59,897 nucleotides of DNA from an uncultured Woeseia sp. (GCA_964454905.1 CAYVTR010000008.1:1-59897), one strand, 5' to 3'. Positions 28,511-40,132 are shown, numbered from the stretch's first letter. A program made the numbers and translations. Notes: generated from the letters alone by a model not told the origin.

Positions 28511-29656
28511 CTATTGATTAATTTTATTTAATTGCTTTGAACTCAATAGATAGAGAAGTATTGAAATTAAAATTACTCCTGCACAAAAGTAATTAACCAA
28601 GGCTAAATTATTTCCTTGAATCAGTGAGGCAATTACGGCATGACCTATGGAAATTCCTCCAAGTTGTGAGGCGGGAATTAACACAGAATATTGGCCTGTT
28701 TTATCAACATTTGCAACCATCCCCATAAGGAAAGGACCAGCAAAATTCCATGAAGTTTGGAATAAGATTGCCCTTATAGTAAATCCATACCAATCCATAT
28801 CACCCTGAAAACTAAGGACTATTATTATTTGTAATATTAATGCAGAAGAGATAGCCACACTCCTATTGATTTTTGATGCCAAAGCTGAGGCTGCGAGTGG
28901 GCCCATAATACTCAATCCAGTACTTAAAAATAATGCTGTACCGATTTCGTCTCCTTTAAGATTAATACTTAATCCAAAAGGCACTAGATTATTAAAGAAG
29001 GGCCCAACACCCATTTGCCAAATAACCATAATAAACAGACCTATGAGCGGAAGTATCAAAATACCTTTTGGTGTTGCTGCTGATGATTCTTGCACATTGT
29101 TCTTTGCTGGATCTCTTAATTTACTTACAAATAGCAAGGTAAAAAGGGCAATGATCATTGCTGGTACACACATTCCCGCAATGCCAAACTTAGCTATTGT
29201 AATTGGAACAATAAGGGCAGTTATTGATCCCATAATCACTTGAGAAGCAACACTATAGGCAAAGTTTTTATCCGGATTGTTTGTCCTACCAATAGCAGCA
29301 ACACCTAGCGCAAACCCAACTCCATGGCCTAATAGGCCAGTTAAGAATCTAATTATTACTAACGTTTGGAAATCTATAATCATGCTAGAAATCAGATTGC
29401 CAATAATAATTACTCCAAGGCCAAAGTAAGCTATTCTCTGCCATCTAAATCGGCTAATCCAAAAAATACCCATAAGAGAGGAGAGCGACATACCGGCAAT
29501 TTCAGCGGAAGAAATGAGGTTAGCTTGGGATTGGGAAAAACCTAGTTCAGAAATAATCCCTCCTACAAAGAAAGGCATACCAAAGACCATGAATACACCT
29601 GCACAACCTATTAAAATTGCAGCGATAACTTCTGAATTTTTATCAGTTTGGTTCAC
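28511..29656 (-). CDS. MFS transporter (start GTG 29656 after AAGGAG)
   Basis: About 12 TM segments, MPFFVG, SAEIAG, RFLTGL.G, NPDKNF. Confidence 0.85.
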   Translation of the reverse strand: MNQTDKNSEVIAAILIGCAGVFMVFGMPFFVGGIISELGFSQSQANLISSAEIAGMSLSSLMGIFWISRFRWQRIAYFGLGVIIIGNLISSMIIDFQTLVIIRFLTGLLGHGVGFALGVAAIGRTNNPDKNFAYSVASQVIMGSITALIVPITIAKFGIAGMCVPAMIIALFTLLFVSKLRDPAKNNVQESSAATPKGILILPLIGLFIMVIWQMGVGPFFNNLVPFGLSINLKGDEIGTALFLSTGLSIMGPLAASALASKINRSVAISSALILQIIIVLSFQGDMDWYGFTIRAILFQTSWNFAGPFLMGMVANVDKTGQYSVLIPASQLGGISIGHAVIASLIQGNNLALVNYFCAGVILISILLYLLSSKQLNKINQ

Positions 29657-30284
29657 AGGTCTTCTCCTTGAATGCACAGTGATTAGTTATATGACATTTA
29701 TAGCATAGCGGTTTTCTTGCTAGACATACATATCGACCATGCAGTATTAGATGATGATGAGCATTTATAAGATACTTCTTAGGAATAACGGACAGTAATC
29801 CATGTTCCACTTTTATTGGGGTTTCTCCTTTAGCTAATCCCGTTCTATTAGCCACTCTAAAGACATGGGTATCAACCGCAATTGTGGGTTTAGAAAAAGC
29901 CGTATTCAGTATGACATTGGCTGTTTTTCTGCCGACACCTGGTAATTGTTCCAGAGCTTCTCGATCTTTGGGTACCCTGCCATTATGATCTGAAATCAAG
30001 CGCTCACAGGTTTTTATGATATTTTTTGCTTTGTTGTTATACAGACCAATGGTTCTAATCTCCTGTCTTAATCCAGTTAAACCTAATTGCAAGATTGACT
30101 TTGGATTGTTAGCTAATTTAAATAAATGTTTAGTGGCTTTGTTAACGCTTACATCAGTTGCTTGAGCCGAAAGAATAACTGATATAAGTAATTCAAAATT
30201 ATTTTTGTATTTAAGCTCTGTTGTTGGTTTTGGGTTAATCTTTGTAAACACTTTAAAGATTTCTGTCGCAACTTTAGTGTCCAT
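29643..30284 (-). CDS. nth: Endonuclease III
   Basis: LSAQATD, HhH LPGVGRKTANV, VDTHVFRV, C-X6-C-X2-C-X5-C. Confidence 0.97.
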   Translation of the reverse strand: MDTKVATEIFKVFTKINPKPTTELKYKNNFELLISVILSAQATDVSVNKATKHLFKLANNPKSILQLGLTGLRQEIRTIGLYNNKAKNIIKTCERLISDHNGRVPKDREALEQLPGVGRKTANVILNTAFSKPTIAVDTHVFRVANRTGLAKGETPIKVEHGLLSVIPKKYLINAHHHLILHGRYVCLARKPLCYKCHITNHCAFKEKTCEPN

Positions 30285-30297
30285 GACTATAGATTAT

Positions 30298-30621
30298 TTA
30301 ATTTACTTTTTGACCAGGCTTAGCTCCATGATCAGGCGACAAAAGAAATACACCTTCTTCATCATCACCTGCAGCTAATAACATACCTTCTGAGACACCA
30401 AATCGCATTTTCCTAGGTTCTAGGTTGGCCACCACCACAATCAGACGGTCGACTAGATCCTCAGGCCTATAAACACCTTTAATCCCAGCAAATATTGTTT
30501 TCTCTTCATAACCCAAATCAATGGTGAGCTTAATCAGCTTGTCTGCATCAACAACGTCCTCAGCTTTGATCACACGTGCAACTCTTAGGTCTGTTTTCAT
30601 AAACTCATCAAAATCTATCAT
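30298..30621 (-). CDS. Stand-alone MetRS C-terminal tRNA-binding (Trbp111-like) domain
   Basis: [34 protein letters not shown]; own AAGGA SD. Confidence 0.92.
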   Translation of the reverse strand: MIDFDEFMKTDLRVARVIKAEDVVDADKLIKLTIDLGYEEKTIFAGIKGVYRPEDLVDRLIVVVANLEPRKMRFGVSEGMLLAAGDDEEGVFLLSPDHGAKPGQKVN

Positions 30622-30632
30622 ATAAGTTCCTT

Positions 30633-32273
30633 TTATTTATCTAACATTGCTTCAATAGATTCGTTTGTAATTCTTCTGATTAATGGCTTGTAATCATTGA
30701 TCTCATGATTAGTTAATCGATCATGGATATTCTTCCATTCTAGATTTTTAACATTTAAAAATATCTCACCATTCTTAGCAATATCTGGCATTACTGGTTT
30801 TAACATGATCATTAGTTTAAAAAATAAATTGATAGAGGTGGTGCAGACCTCTAAAACCTGACCTTTCATTTTTGTGTCTTTAATTTGTACCCAAGGTTTT
30901 TCTCGATCTAAATATTGGTTAGCTTGGTCAGCAAGTAGCATTATTTTTCTCATGGCCTGACCAAATTCACGATTTTCGTATAGCTCTGAAATCTCATCGC
31001 TAGCCTTCTCAAAATTCTCTAGTAATGATTCATTAATAGTTTTCCCAAGGGTATTGTTAAAATGTTGATTAATAAATTTTGAACTTCGACTGGCTATATT
31101 GACCCATTTACCCACAATGTCTGAATTAACCCTATTTTGAAAATCAATAGTATCAAGATCAAAGTCATCAATTCCAGAGTTGGTTTTATATGCAAAATAA
31201 TATCTTAAATATTCAGGTTTATTATGTTCCAAGTATGATCTGACCTTAATAAAAGTTCTTCTGGACTTTGACATTTTTTCTCCATTCACTGTCAAAAAAC
31301 CGTTTACAAAAATAGTATCAGGTTTTTTTAATCCAGCACCTTCTAACAAGGCAGGCCAAAAAAGAGCATGAAAATAAATGATATCTTTTCCTATGAAATG
31401 AACTAAATGACAATTTTCATTATCAGAAAAATAATCTTCGTAGTTAATGCCTGACTCTTTTTTATTTGATAAGTTTTTCAATGAAGCTAAGTATCCGATG
31501 GGTGCATCCAACCAAACATAAAAGTATTTCTCATCTTCATCTGGAATCTTAAAGCCAAAATATGGATGATCTCTAGAAATATCCCAATCTTTTAGTCCAA
31601 TTTGAAACCATTCATTAAGTTTTGATTTAACTGAGTCATGAATTTGAATTTGATTTATCCAGTTTTGAAGGAAGGATTCAAATTTTTTTAACTTCATAAA
31701 ATAGTGTTCAGATTCCTTCAAAATAGGAGCTTCACCAGACAAAACTGATTTAGGGTCAATTAAATCGGTGGGTTCATAAGTAGCGCCACATTTTTCACAA
31801 CCATCTCCGTATTGATCGCCGCTTTTACATTGAGGGCAAGTTCCACGAACATAACGATCAGGTAAGAACATTTTTTCTTGCTCATCATATGCTTGCTCAA
31901 TTATTTTTTTCTCAATACAACCTGATTGCTTTAATTGTTCAAATATTTCAAGTACTAATGCTTCATTTTCTTCTGTGTGGGTTGAGTAATAGTTATCAAA
32001 CTCAATTAGGAAATCACTAAAATCTTTTGCGTGTTGTTTCGTGTATTGCGCTGCTAATTCATCAGGCTCTACACCCAGCTCTTCAGCGCTCAACATAATT
32101 GGAGCTCCATGAGCATCACTGGCACAAACATAAACAATATTTCTTTGCTGCATTTTTTGGAATCTAACCCAAATATCAGCTTGAACATAACCCACCATAT
32201 GACCAATATGAATGGGCCCATTTGCATAAGGTAATGCACTAGTTACTAATATATTTTTGTTTGCTTTGTTCAA
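30633..32273 (-). CDS. metG: Methionyl-tRNA synthetase core (no C-terminal domain)
   Basis: [12 protein letters not shown], zinc knuckle [29 protein letters not shown]. Confidence 0.97.
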   Translation of the reverse strand: MNKANKNILVTSALPYANGPIHIGHMVGYVQADIWVRFQKMQQRNIVYVCASDAHGAPIMLSAEELGVEPDELAAQYTKQHAKDFSDFLIEFDNYYSTHTEENEALVLEIFEQLKQSGCIEKKIIEQAYDEQEKMFLPDRYVRGTCPQCKSGDQYGDGCEKCGATYEPTDLIDPKSVLSGEAPILKESEHYFMKLKKFESFLQNWINQIQIHDSVKSKLNEWFQIGLKDWDISRDHPYFGFKIPDEDEKYFYVWLDAPIGYLASLKNLSNKKESGINYEDYFSDNENCHLVHFIGKDIIYFHALFWPALLEGAGLKKPDTIFVNGFLTVNGEKMSKSRRTFIKVRSYLEHNKPEYLRYYFAYKTNSGIDDFDLDTIDFQNRVNSDIVGKWVNIASRSSKFINQHFNNTLGKTINESLLENFEKASDEISELYENREFGQAMRKIMLLADQANQYLDREKPWVQIKDTKMKGQVLEVCTTSINLFFKLMIMLKPVMPDIAKNGEIFLNVKNLEWKNIHDRLTNHEINDYKPLIRRITNESIEAMLDK

Positions 32274-32290
32274 TTATTTATCTGTTTATT

Positions 32291-34786
32291 TTAGTTTACC
32301 CGAATCATTTTCATTAGTAATACAGGCAGAAGAGTTAAATTAGCGATTAATGCAATCATCATAGCGAAGGCTGTGAATACCCCAAAGTATATTGTAGGTA
32401 TAAAATTGGATAGCCCCAGGATTGAAAAACCGATCACAATAATGATTGACGTAAAATAGATGGCTTGACCTGTACTCGCATGAGCATTATTAATGGCTTC
32501 ATTTAATTTGACATTATTATCAAGCTCCTCTCTAAAGCGATGAATATAATGAATTGAATGATCCACACCAATACCAATACATATTGCTGCGATTGTTATG
32601 GTCATAATATCTAATGGAATATTAAGTAGGCCCATTAAACCAAGAACAGAAGTAGATGCAATAATGCTTGGCACAATAGCAATTAGGGCATATTTCAGCG
32701 ATCTAAAAAGTACTAAGAACATCAGCGTAATGGCTAGGAAGACCACGCCAATGGTCAGAATTTGTGAACGGATAAGACTTTCTAGTACATTATTATACAA
32801 GACCAGCATCCCTGTTAATTTTACTTGAGACGGTTTTAAACCGATGGTTTCAATTAGATCTCTATTAATTTTTTCTATCAGTTTGTTGCGTTGTAATTCA
32901 GGGTAAGATTCAAATACTCTAAACGAAATTCTTAATTGATTGCCATCAGTAGATAGGTAAGGATCAAACAACGCTTCTCTCACATCATCCGGTACTTTTT
33001 TGTATAACAAAGACAAGAAGAAAGTATCAATCTCCTCATCATCATTCAGCGTTTTTAAAACTTCCATTGTGGTGGAGAATGAGACAACTTTTCCAGCTTC
33101 TTCAAGTGATTCAAGATAGTTATGTATCGAGTCAATGGTTTTTAATCGATAAGAATTGTACCAATAGCTATCACCGCCTATATCATAGGTTGAAGTTTCA
33201 TCTTCAAAAAAATCTACCTCAAAAAATTCTTCATCATCATAATCACTAATAACCACTGGTTGATTGTAATCAGGATCCGCCTCGATAATGATGTCAAGAG
33301 GAGTTGTTCCTCCCAGCTGATTATCAATAACACTTAATCCTTGAAAAATCTCAGTGTCTTCTTTAAAGGCCTTAATAAATTGATTTTCAGCCGTCAGTTT
33401 AGTTATCCCATAAGCGCTTACACTAGCTATTATAAAAAATAAAAGTAAGGTCTCATTTGCTTTAGATGTAGCCACTCTAGCGAATCCTCGAGTTATTTTT
33501 TGTGACCAATCTGATGTGCTGACTATTTGAATTTTTTTGAGATTCATCAATGCACTTGGAAAAAATAGAAATACCATAACAAAGATAGCACCCATACTTA
33601 TCAACATCATCCACCCAAAATCAATCACAGGCCTTATCCCAGCAACCAATAACGAGCCAAACCCCACCATGGTGGTAATGGTAGTGTATAAGCAAGGCTC
33701 CCATTTATCTCGCATTGTGTTAAAAACTAACCAAGATTGAGGCTTATCAGGATACAAAGTGATTAGCTCTCTATATCGTACTGTTAGATGGACTGAAATA
33801 GAAAGGCTAAAGATAAGTAGTAGGGCAACGAAATTAGCAGACACCACAGTGACTGGCCAACCAACTAGGCCCAGAAATCCAGTCATATTAATTAACCCTA
33901 AAACACAACATGCCATTGAGATAAACATCCATCTTGGATTTTTAAAAATGATTAAAAGAGCAACGATCAGAAAAAGAAGAATCGCTGCACCAAAAATTTG
34001 AATGTCCTTTTGTATAAAGTCAATCATATCCACAGTTATCATTGGGACGCCACCCAAAAAGATGCCCGCTTTATTTTTATATTGATCTAAAACTGCACGG
34101 ATTGTGGCAACCATGTTTGCATTTTTATCTCTTTCTTGTTTTCTAAAATTTTTAATTTCTTTGCTGATAGTATTCAATTCTTTAAATTCAGAATCACTTA
34201 ATGAGCCAGAGAGCCTTTTTAATCTTAAGGCGTCTCGTTGTTCTATCATTATTTCTAAAGTTTCATTAACCTTTAAATTCAATAAGATAGCCGTCGTTTT
34301 ACCGTCAGCACTAATAATTAGGTCTCTGTATAGAGTGCTATTAAGCAGCTCATTTTTAGCCATTTCTTTATTTGTCCCAGGAGAGAAATATGTAGGCGCT
34401 TCATCCGCTATTTCAGATAAGCTTTTAGGAGGGGATTTAAGTAAAGGCACATCAAGAATACTGACAACTGATTCAACACTATCAATGGTTGATAATTCAT
34501 CTCTGAGTTGTTTTAAATGGTCAATCGTATCAGCTGAAAAAAGCTCATTTTGTGGCTGATAGGTCACCACCAAGAATTCGTCATCACCGTATCTTGCTTT
34601 AATGCTTCTGTAATAGCGAAGATCTTCATCATTTTCAAGAAGCAATGAATCCGATGAGGCATCCAACTCAAATTCATCTATGTGATTAGCAAAAAAAATT
34701 GAAATAACAAAAAGAAAAGTAAACGGTAACCACGGTTTACTGATGATTCTTTTTATTTCACAATCTATGAGTTCTCTTAAACGCAT
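32291..34786 (-). CDS. MMPL/RND superfamily exporter
   Basis: Duplicated TM modules; TTITTMVGFGSL, GIGVDHSIHY..RF, LTLLP. Confidence 0.9.
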   Translation of the reverse strand: MRLRELIDCEIKRIISKPWLPFTFLFVISIFFANHIDEFELDASSDSLLLENDEDLRYYRSIKARYGDDEFLVVTYQPQNELFSADTIDHLKQLRDELSTIDSVESVVSILDVPLLKSPPKSLSEIADEAPTYFSPGTNKEMAKNELLNSTLYRDLIISADGKTTAILLNLKVNETLEIMIEQRDALRLKRLSGSLSDSEFKELNTISKEIKNFRKQERDKNANMVATIRAVLDQYKNKAGIFLGGVPMITVDMIDFIQKDIQIFGAAILLFLIVALLIIFKNPRWMFISMACCVLGLINMTGFLGLVGWPVTVVSANFVALLLIFSLSISVHLTVRYRELITLYPDKPQSWLVFNTMRDKWEPCLYTTITTMVGFGSLLVAGIRPVIDFGWMMLISMGAIFVMVFLFFPSALMNLKKIQIVSTSDWSQKITRGFARVATSKANETLLLFFIIASVSAYGITKLTAENQFIKAFKEDTEIFQGLSVIDNQLGGTTPLDIIIEADPDYNQPVVISDYDDEEFFEVDFFEDETSTYDIGGDSYWYNSYRLKTIDSIHNYLESLEEAGKVVSFSTTMEVLKTLNDDEEIDTFFLSLLYKKVPDDVREALFDPYLSTDGNQLRISFRVFESYPELQRNKLIEKINRDLIETIGLKPSQVKLTGMLVLYNNVLESLIRSQILTIGVVFLAITLMFLVLFRSLKYALIAIVPSIIASTSVLGLMGLLNIPLDIMTITIAAICIGIGVDHSIHYIHRFREELDNNVKLNEAINNAHASTGQAIYFTSIIIVIGFSILGLSNFIPTIYFGVFTAFAMMIALIANLTLLPVLLMKMIRVN

Positions 34787-34886
34787 TCAAAATTCCTAGA
34801 CGTACTAGTCTCCATCAAACTTTTAGTGCATGATACTATTTACAAGGATTAGTTTAATTCTTTTCTTATTCATTTCGACTAAAACT

Positions 34887-35453
34887 ATGACAATAAAATC
34901 AGATAATTGGATCAAACGAATGGTCAAAGATCATAAAATGATTGAACCCTTCGCTGAATCCCAAGTCAGAAGAGAAGATGATGAAGCCCTTATTTCTTAT
35001 GGGACTTCAAGTTTTGGTTATGATGTTCGGTGCGCAAGAGAATTCAAAATATTTACTAACATCAATTCAGCTATTGTTGACCCTAAAGCGTTTGATGAGA
35101 ATAGTTTTGTTAATTTTGAGTCAGATGTTTGCATCATTCCTCCTAATTCCTTTGCTTTGGCGAGAACGGTGGAGTATTTTAGAATTCCAAGAAATGTCTT
35201 AACAATTTGCTTAGGAAAGTCTACTTATGCTCGTTGTGGGATTATTGTAAATGTGACACCTCTAGAACCTGAATGGGAAGGGCATGTTACTCTAGAATTT
35301 TCTAATACCACACCGCTGCCTGCGAAAATTTATGCCAATGAGGGGGTTGCCCAAATGATTTTTCTTGAATCTGATGAAGACTGTGACGAATCGTATAAGG
35401 ACAGAGCAGGGAAGTATCAAGGCCAGACAGGGGTAACCTTGCCTAAAACTTAG
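34887..35453 (+). CDS. dcd: dCTP deaminase (start ATG 34887)
   Basis: [44 protein letters not shown]. Confidence 0.97.
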   Translation: MTIKSDNWIKRMVKDHKMIEPFAESQVRREDDEALISYGTSSFGYDVRCAREFKIFTNINSAIVDPKAFDENSFVNFESDVCIIPPNSFALARTVEYFRIPRNVLTICLGKSTYARCGIIVNVTPLEPEWEGHVTLEFSNTTPLPAKIYANEGVAQMIFLESDEDCDESYKDRAGKYQGQTGVTLPKT

Positions 35454-36112
35454 TTTTCTTCGATAAGTATTGGTTTATCTAAGTGATCCCCATGAAATAT
35501 CACTTTATTATTTTTCATCTCTAATTGTTCTAAGGCAAACCATTTTATAGCTTTAGAGTAAATTTTATATTCTCCTTCTTGCACTCTCTTTTTAAGGGTG
35601 TCTGCCGTATCAGATGAATCTATTTTTATCCTATATTGAATAATACTCGGCCCACCATCCAATTCAGGAATAACAAAATGGACGCTAGTTCCATGATGAG
35701 TTTCTTTAGCGTCTAGTACACGTTGATGTGTGTTTAGACCTTTGTATGCAGGTAAAAGAGAAGGGTGGATATTTATAATCTTACCTCTAAAGGTCTCACA
35801 AAAGTCATCAGAGAGTATCCTCATATAGCCAGCTAAGATAATCAAATCAGGGTTCTCTGCTAAAACTGATTGTTTTAATTGCTCATGGTAGATGTTTTTT
35901 TCATCGTACAATTCGTAATCAATAATTTTAGTTGTGATACCTGACGTATCAGCCCTTTCAATTCCTTTTGCTGTCGGGTTATCAGAGATAACAGCATTTA
36001 AAGATATGGGAATGTTACCTGCTCCAATGTTTTTAAGAATTGCTTGTAAGTTTGTTCCTGTTCCTGATAACAAACACACTGCTCTCATTAGAGAGTCCTC
36101 AGCCAGAGTCAT
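35450..36112 (-). CDS. purN: Phosphoribosylglycinamide formyltransferase
   Basis: [33 protein letters not shown]. Confidence 0.96.
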   Translation of the reverse strand: MTLAEDSLMRAVCLLSGTGTNLQAILKNIGAGNIPISLNAVISDNPTAKGIERADTSGITTKIIDYELYDEKNIYHEQLKQSVLAENPDLIILAGYMRILSDDFCETFRGKIINIHPSLLPAYKGLNTHQRVLDAKETHHGTSVHFVIPELDGGPSIIQYRIKIDSSDTADTLKKRVQEGEYKIYSKAIKWFALEQLEMKNNKVIFHGDHLDKPILIEEN

Positions 36113-37146
36113 AAACTTAACCTTACTTCTTTTTTTCCTGTAGTCACTTCACCTATAAGGTAAGCGTTATGCCCTGTTTCAGCTAATGCATTTATCACTC
36201 TTTTTGAATCAGAGTTACTTACCACTAAAACAAAACCAATGCCACAATTGAAGGTTCTAAGCATCTCTTCTTGATCGACGTTACCTTCAGTTTGTATCCA
36301 GTTGAAAACTTCTGGTTGTTGCCAAGCATCCAAATTAATTTCTGCATTAATATTTTCAGGCAAGATTCTCACTATGTTTTCTTTAAATCCACCTCCTGTT
36401 ATATGTGCCATCCCATGGATCTCACATGTTTCTTGTAGATGATTAATGGCTTTAGAATAAATAGTTGTAGGTTCAATAATAGCTTCTCCAATGGTTCTGT
36501 CCCCTAGCTTATCTTGTAAATTAATTGAATTGACTTCAATAATTTTACGAATCAAGGAATACCCATTTGAATGAGGCCCAGAAGACTCAATACCAATTAT
36601 AGAATCTGTGGGTTTAATATTTTGACCATCGATAATATTCTCATAATCAACGACCCCAACACAGAATCCAGCCAAGTCAAAATCACCCGATTGATAAACT
36701 CCAGGCATTTCTGCAGTTTCTCCACCAATTAAAGCCATTTCTGATTGAAGACAGCCTTCTGCTATACCTTTGATGATATTAGTGGCTTCACTAGTATTTA
36801 GTTTTGATGTTGCAAAATAGTCTAGAAAAAATAGAGGCTTTGCACCTAATGTAATTACATCATTGACACACATGGCAACTAAATCAATGCCAATTTGGTC
36901 AAACTGTGACAATTCTTTAGCGAGCATAACTTTGGTTCCTACTCCATCAGTACCTGAAACAAGAACAGGTTTTTTATATTGCTTTATGTCTAACTCATAT
37001 AAAGCTCCAAACCCACCAATATTTGAGAGGACATTCTTATTTAGGGTTTGTCTAACAATTGGTTTAATGTTATCTATTAATTGATTTGCTTCATCTATAT
37101 CCACTCCAGAATCAGAGTAGGTAAGCTTTGTTTTTTTAGTCGTCAT
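36109..37146 (-). CDS. purM: AIR synthetase
   Basis: YSDSGVDI, GGFGAL, TDGVGTK, GGETAEMPG, HSNGYSL, HITGGG. Confidence 0.97.
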   Translation of the reverse strand: MTTKKTKLTYSDSGVDIDEANQLIDNIKPIVRQTLNKNVLSNIGGFGALYELDIKQYKKPVLVSGTDGVGTKVMLAKELSQFDQIGIDLVAMCVNDVITLGAKPLFFLDYFATSKLNTSEATNIIKGIAEGCLQSEMALIGGETAEMPGVYQSGDFDLAGFCVGVVDYENIIDGQNIKPTDSIIGIESSGPHSNGYSLIRKIIEVNSINLQDKLGDRTIGEAIIEPTTIYSKAINHLQETCEIHGMAHITGGGFKENIVRILPENINAEINLDAWQQPEVFNWIQTEGNVDQEEMLRTFNCGIGFVLVVSNSDSKRVINALAETGHNAYLIGEVTTGKKEVRLSL

Positions 37147-37250
37147 TACTGTTTTTTTTGTTGTAATGTTTTGTCAGGACTATAATTATTAGAAACTGTA
37201 TATTAACATCAAGAACTTAATTATTCTTTTAGTTATTCGAGCAATTTTTC

Positions 37251-37820
37251 ATGAATATTAGATTTAAACTTTCATATATACCGAATACGATCTGTATTAT
37301 AAGAATGGTTATAGTTATTCCAATTATTATTTTTCTATGGAATAAACAACATCTCAATGCTCTTTTATTAATTGCTATTGCAGGATTGTCTGATTTTCTA
37401 GATGGGTTTCTTGCTAAGACATATAATTGGAGGACCAACATAGGTGCTGCCCTTGATCCAGCAGCTGATAAAATTCTATTGGTCTCCTTGTTTATCACCT
37501 TATATCTCATGGGACTTATTCCCTACTGGCTGACTGCTGTGGTTATCATCAGAGATGTGATGATTTTGTTTGGATTATTTTTATATAACTATTTTGTAGA
37601 AAGACCAAAACCAGAACCTTCTTTTATAAGTAAGCTAAACACTTTTATACAGATCTTTTTTGTGCTCTTTGTTATTGCGAGTCAAATTATTATTCAACCT
37701 TTTGAATTCTTATCAATCCTCATGGGCTCAATAGTTTTTTTGACTTCGATTTTAAGCGGTTTAGATTATTGGATAACCTGGTCTAAAAGGGCAAAATTCA
37801 TACTCTCTCAATCGGGATAA
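37251..37820 (+). CDS. CDP-alcohol phosphatidyltransferase (PgsA-like)
   Basis: IPN..R, SDFLDGFLA..G..LDPAADK. Confidence 0.9.
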   Translation: MNIRFKLSYIPNTICIIRMVIVIPIIIFLWNKQHLNALLLIAIAGLSDFLDGFLAKTYNWRTNIGAALDPAADKILLVSLFITLYLMGLIPYWLTAVVIIRDVMILFGLFLYNYFVERPKPEPSFISKLNTFIQIFFVLFVIASQIIIQPFEFLSILMGSIVFLTSILSGLDYWITWSKRAKFILSQSG

Positions 37821-37823
37821 AAA

Positions 37824-38504
37824 GTGCATCAGATACCTTTGCCTGTCTCCATATCAGAATATATGACTTTCGAGACGTTTTATTTAAGCTCAAATAAAGC
37901 AGTAATTGATTCTATTAAGGATGATAAAAATAAACTAATTTGGATTGCTGGACTCAAAGGCACTGGAAAAACCCATATTCTGCAAGCAACTGTTAATTAT
38001 ATGGACGATGGGGATAATCGATTGCTTTATTTGCCAATGGCAGAGTCGAAAGATTTTACACCAGATATATTAGATAATTTAAATCAGTTTGATTTGGTTG
38101 CAATTGATGATATTGAAAATGTTATAGGAGATTTTTCTTGGGAAGAACAACTTTTAATTTTATATGAAGAATTGATTCATACAAAATGCAGAATCCTTAT
38201 TTCTTCAAATGACACTCCGCAAGGGTTAAGTTTTCAATTGCCCGATTTAGCTTCAAGATTCAGTTTAGGATTAGTTGATAGACTCAAACCAATGAATGAA
38301 GAGCAGATAATTAAAGCTATTTCATTGCATGCAACAGTTAGGGGTTTTAATTTGCCTGCAGAAGTGGCTAAATACCTAATTTCTAGGGTACCTAGAGATG
38401 TATCAGTGTTGGTTGATATTATTAAATTGCTTGATTATGAGTCATTATCTAAACAAAGAAAATTAACAGTACCCTTTATTAAAACAGTTCTAGATATTAA
38501 ATAG
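37824..38504 (+). CDS. hda: DnaA regulatory inactivator Hda
   Basis: N-terminal clamp motif QIPLP, GTGKTH, IDD, LPDLASR, RKLTVPF; position near purM. Confidence 0.9.
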   Translation: MHQIPLPVSISEYMTFETFYLSSNKAVIDSIKDDKNKLIWIAGLKGTGKTHILQATVNYMDDGDNRLLYLPMAESKDFTPDILDNLNQFDLVAIDDIENVIGDFSWEEQLLILYEELIHTKCRILISSNDTPQGLSFQLPDLASRFSLGLVDRLKPMNEEQIIKAISLHATVRGFNLPAEVAKYLISRVPRDVSVLVDIIKLLDYESLSKQRKLTVPFIKTVLDIK

Positions 38505-38582
38505 CTCTCCCTTCTAATGATAGCTTGACCTATGAGGGATAGACTGATATTTTTTTTACTATTAATTTATTTTAATTGTTTC

Positions 38583-38888
38583 ATGAATCAGAGAATATTT
38601 ACCATATTAATAGGCTTGTTCATTCTATCAGGATGCGCAACTCTTCCTCCTTTGCAAGAAATGAGTAACGCCAGACAAACAATTTCAGCCGCAAAAGAAT
38701 TAAGCGAAAATGCAGCTGAAGATGAAAAAATTCTAGAAGCAGAACGATTATTAGCAAGAGCTCAAAGAAGAATTGAAGTCAATCTATATGATTCTGCTAG
38801 ACAGGATGCGCTGAGGGCTCAGAAAGAAGCGATTGAATTTATTGAAAAAGCTATTTCAGAAAACTCTAAGATTGAAAATAATGACTAG
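38583..38888 (+). CDS. Helical lipoprotein (DUF4398-like), start ATG 38583
   Basis: Lipobox LSGC then PPLQEMSNARQTISAA. Confidence 0.75.
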   Translation: MNQRIFTILIGLFILSGCATLPPLQEMSNARQTISAAKELSENAAEDEKILEAERLLARAQRRIEVNLYDSARQDALRAQKEAIEFIEKAISENSKIENND

Positions 38889-38896
38889 ATTAGCTT

Positions 38897-40132
38897 TTAG
38901 CTAGAAATTTTCTCCACCAATTCATTTATTGCTATATCTTCTTTGCTGCCAGTCGAACGATTTACCAGTTCAATTGTGTTTTGATCTAATCCTCTTCTAC
39001 TAACAATAATTTGATTTGGTATGCCAATCAGGTCTGCTTCAGCGAACTTTACTCCTGCTCTTTCATCTCGATCATCAATCATCACATCGCTTCCGTTAGA
39101 TTTAATTGCCTTATATATTTCTTTGGCTTTGGAAGTAATATCATGATTTTTATCATTTAAAACAATAATAATGTAATCAAAAGGGGCTATTTGTTCTGGC
39201 CAGATAATACCTTTCTCATCATGATTTTGTTCAATAGATGCTGCAACTATTCTTGAAATTCCAATACCATAGCAACCCATCAAAGGGCTGATCTTTTGTC
39301 CCTCATGATCAAGTACGCTTAGCCCCATACTTTTACTGTATTTATCTCCAAGTTGGAAAATATGTCCGACTTCTATCCCTCTTGCAAAGGAGAGTTCACC
39401 GCCGTTTGGTGCACTTTTAGAATCTATCATTTCCACATTAGCAGCATAATTCTCTTCATCACAATAGCCAATTTCATCTTCACCTGAATCAGCTAAAACA
39501 TGATATTCATGTGACATGGATCCGCCTATTTCTCCACTATCTGCTCTTACTTTTCTAAAATTCAAACCAAGACTATTAAAAACTTTGTTATAAGTATTGG
39601 CCATTTTCTCGTATTCATTATCAAGTGAGGACTGATCTAAATGGAATGAATACGCATCTTTCATTTGAAATTCGCGAGCTCTCATTACACCGAATCTTGG
39701 TCTTATTTCATCTCTAAACTTTGTTTGTATTTGATAGAAATTTACAGGCAGTTGTTTGTAGCTTTTAATTTCTTTCCTAACAATGTCAGTGATTACTTCT
39801 TCATGGGTTGGCCCAAAACAGAAACGACGTTCATGACGATCAACTATTTTTAGAAGTAAGTTCCCATAGGCGTCCCATCGTCCTGTTTCTTCCCAGAGGT
39901 CTGAGGGCTGTATTGCCGGCATAAGAACTTCAAAGGCACCAGATTCATTCATTTCTGCTCTGACAATGTCTTCAATTTTTCTAAGGACTCTTAATCCTAA
40001 TGGCATCCAAGTAAAGAGACCAGAGGCTAGTTTTTTAATTAATCCAGCTCTTAACATTAACCGATGTGAGACTAGTTCAGCATCTGAAGGAGTATCTTTA
40101 TAGGTCTTTAAAGGGTATTTTGAAAGTTCCAT
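38897..40132 (-). CDS. proS: Prolyl-tRNA synthetase lacking the INS editing domain
   Basis: SHRLMLRAG, GPTHEE, FRDEIRPRFG, GIEVGHIFQLG, MGCYGIGISR; only 411 aa. Confidence 0.97.
   Translation of the reverse strand: MELSKYPLKTYKDTPSDAELVSHRLMLRAGLIKKLASGLFTWMPLGLRVLRKIEDIVRAEMNESGAFEVLMPAIQPSDLWEETGRWDAYGNLLLKIVDRHERRFCFGPTHEEVITDIVRKEIKSYKQLPVNFYQIQTKFRDEIRPRFGVMRAREFQMKDAYSFHLDQSSLDNEYEKMANTYNKVFNSLGLNFRKVRADSGEIGGSMSHEYHVLADSGEDEIGYCDEENYAANVEMIDSKSAPNGGELSFARGIEVGHIFQLGDKYSKSMGLSVLDHEGQKISPLMGCYGIGISRIVAASIEQNHDEKGIIWPEQIAPFDYIIIVLNDKNHDITSKAKEIYKAIKSNGSDVMIDDRDERAGVKFAEADLIGIPNQIIVSRRGLDQNTIELVNRSTGSKEDIAINELVEKISS

Noticed and set aside
33195-33245. Acidic low-complexity repeat in the RND exporter (DYDDEEFFEVDFFEDE)
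   Set aside because: Short acidic loop within an otherwise ordinary MMPL/RND protein; no evidence of a separate function.
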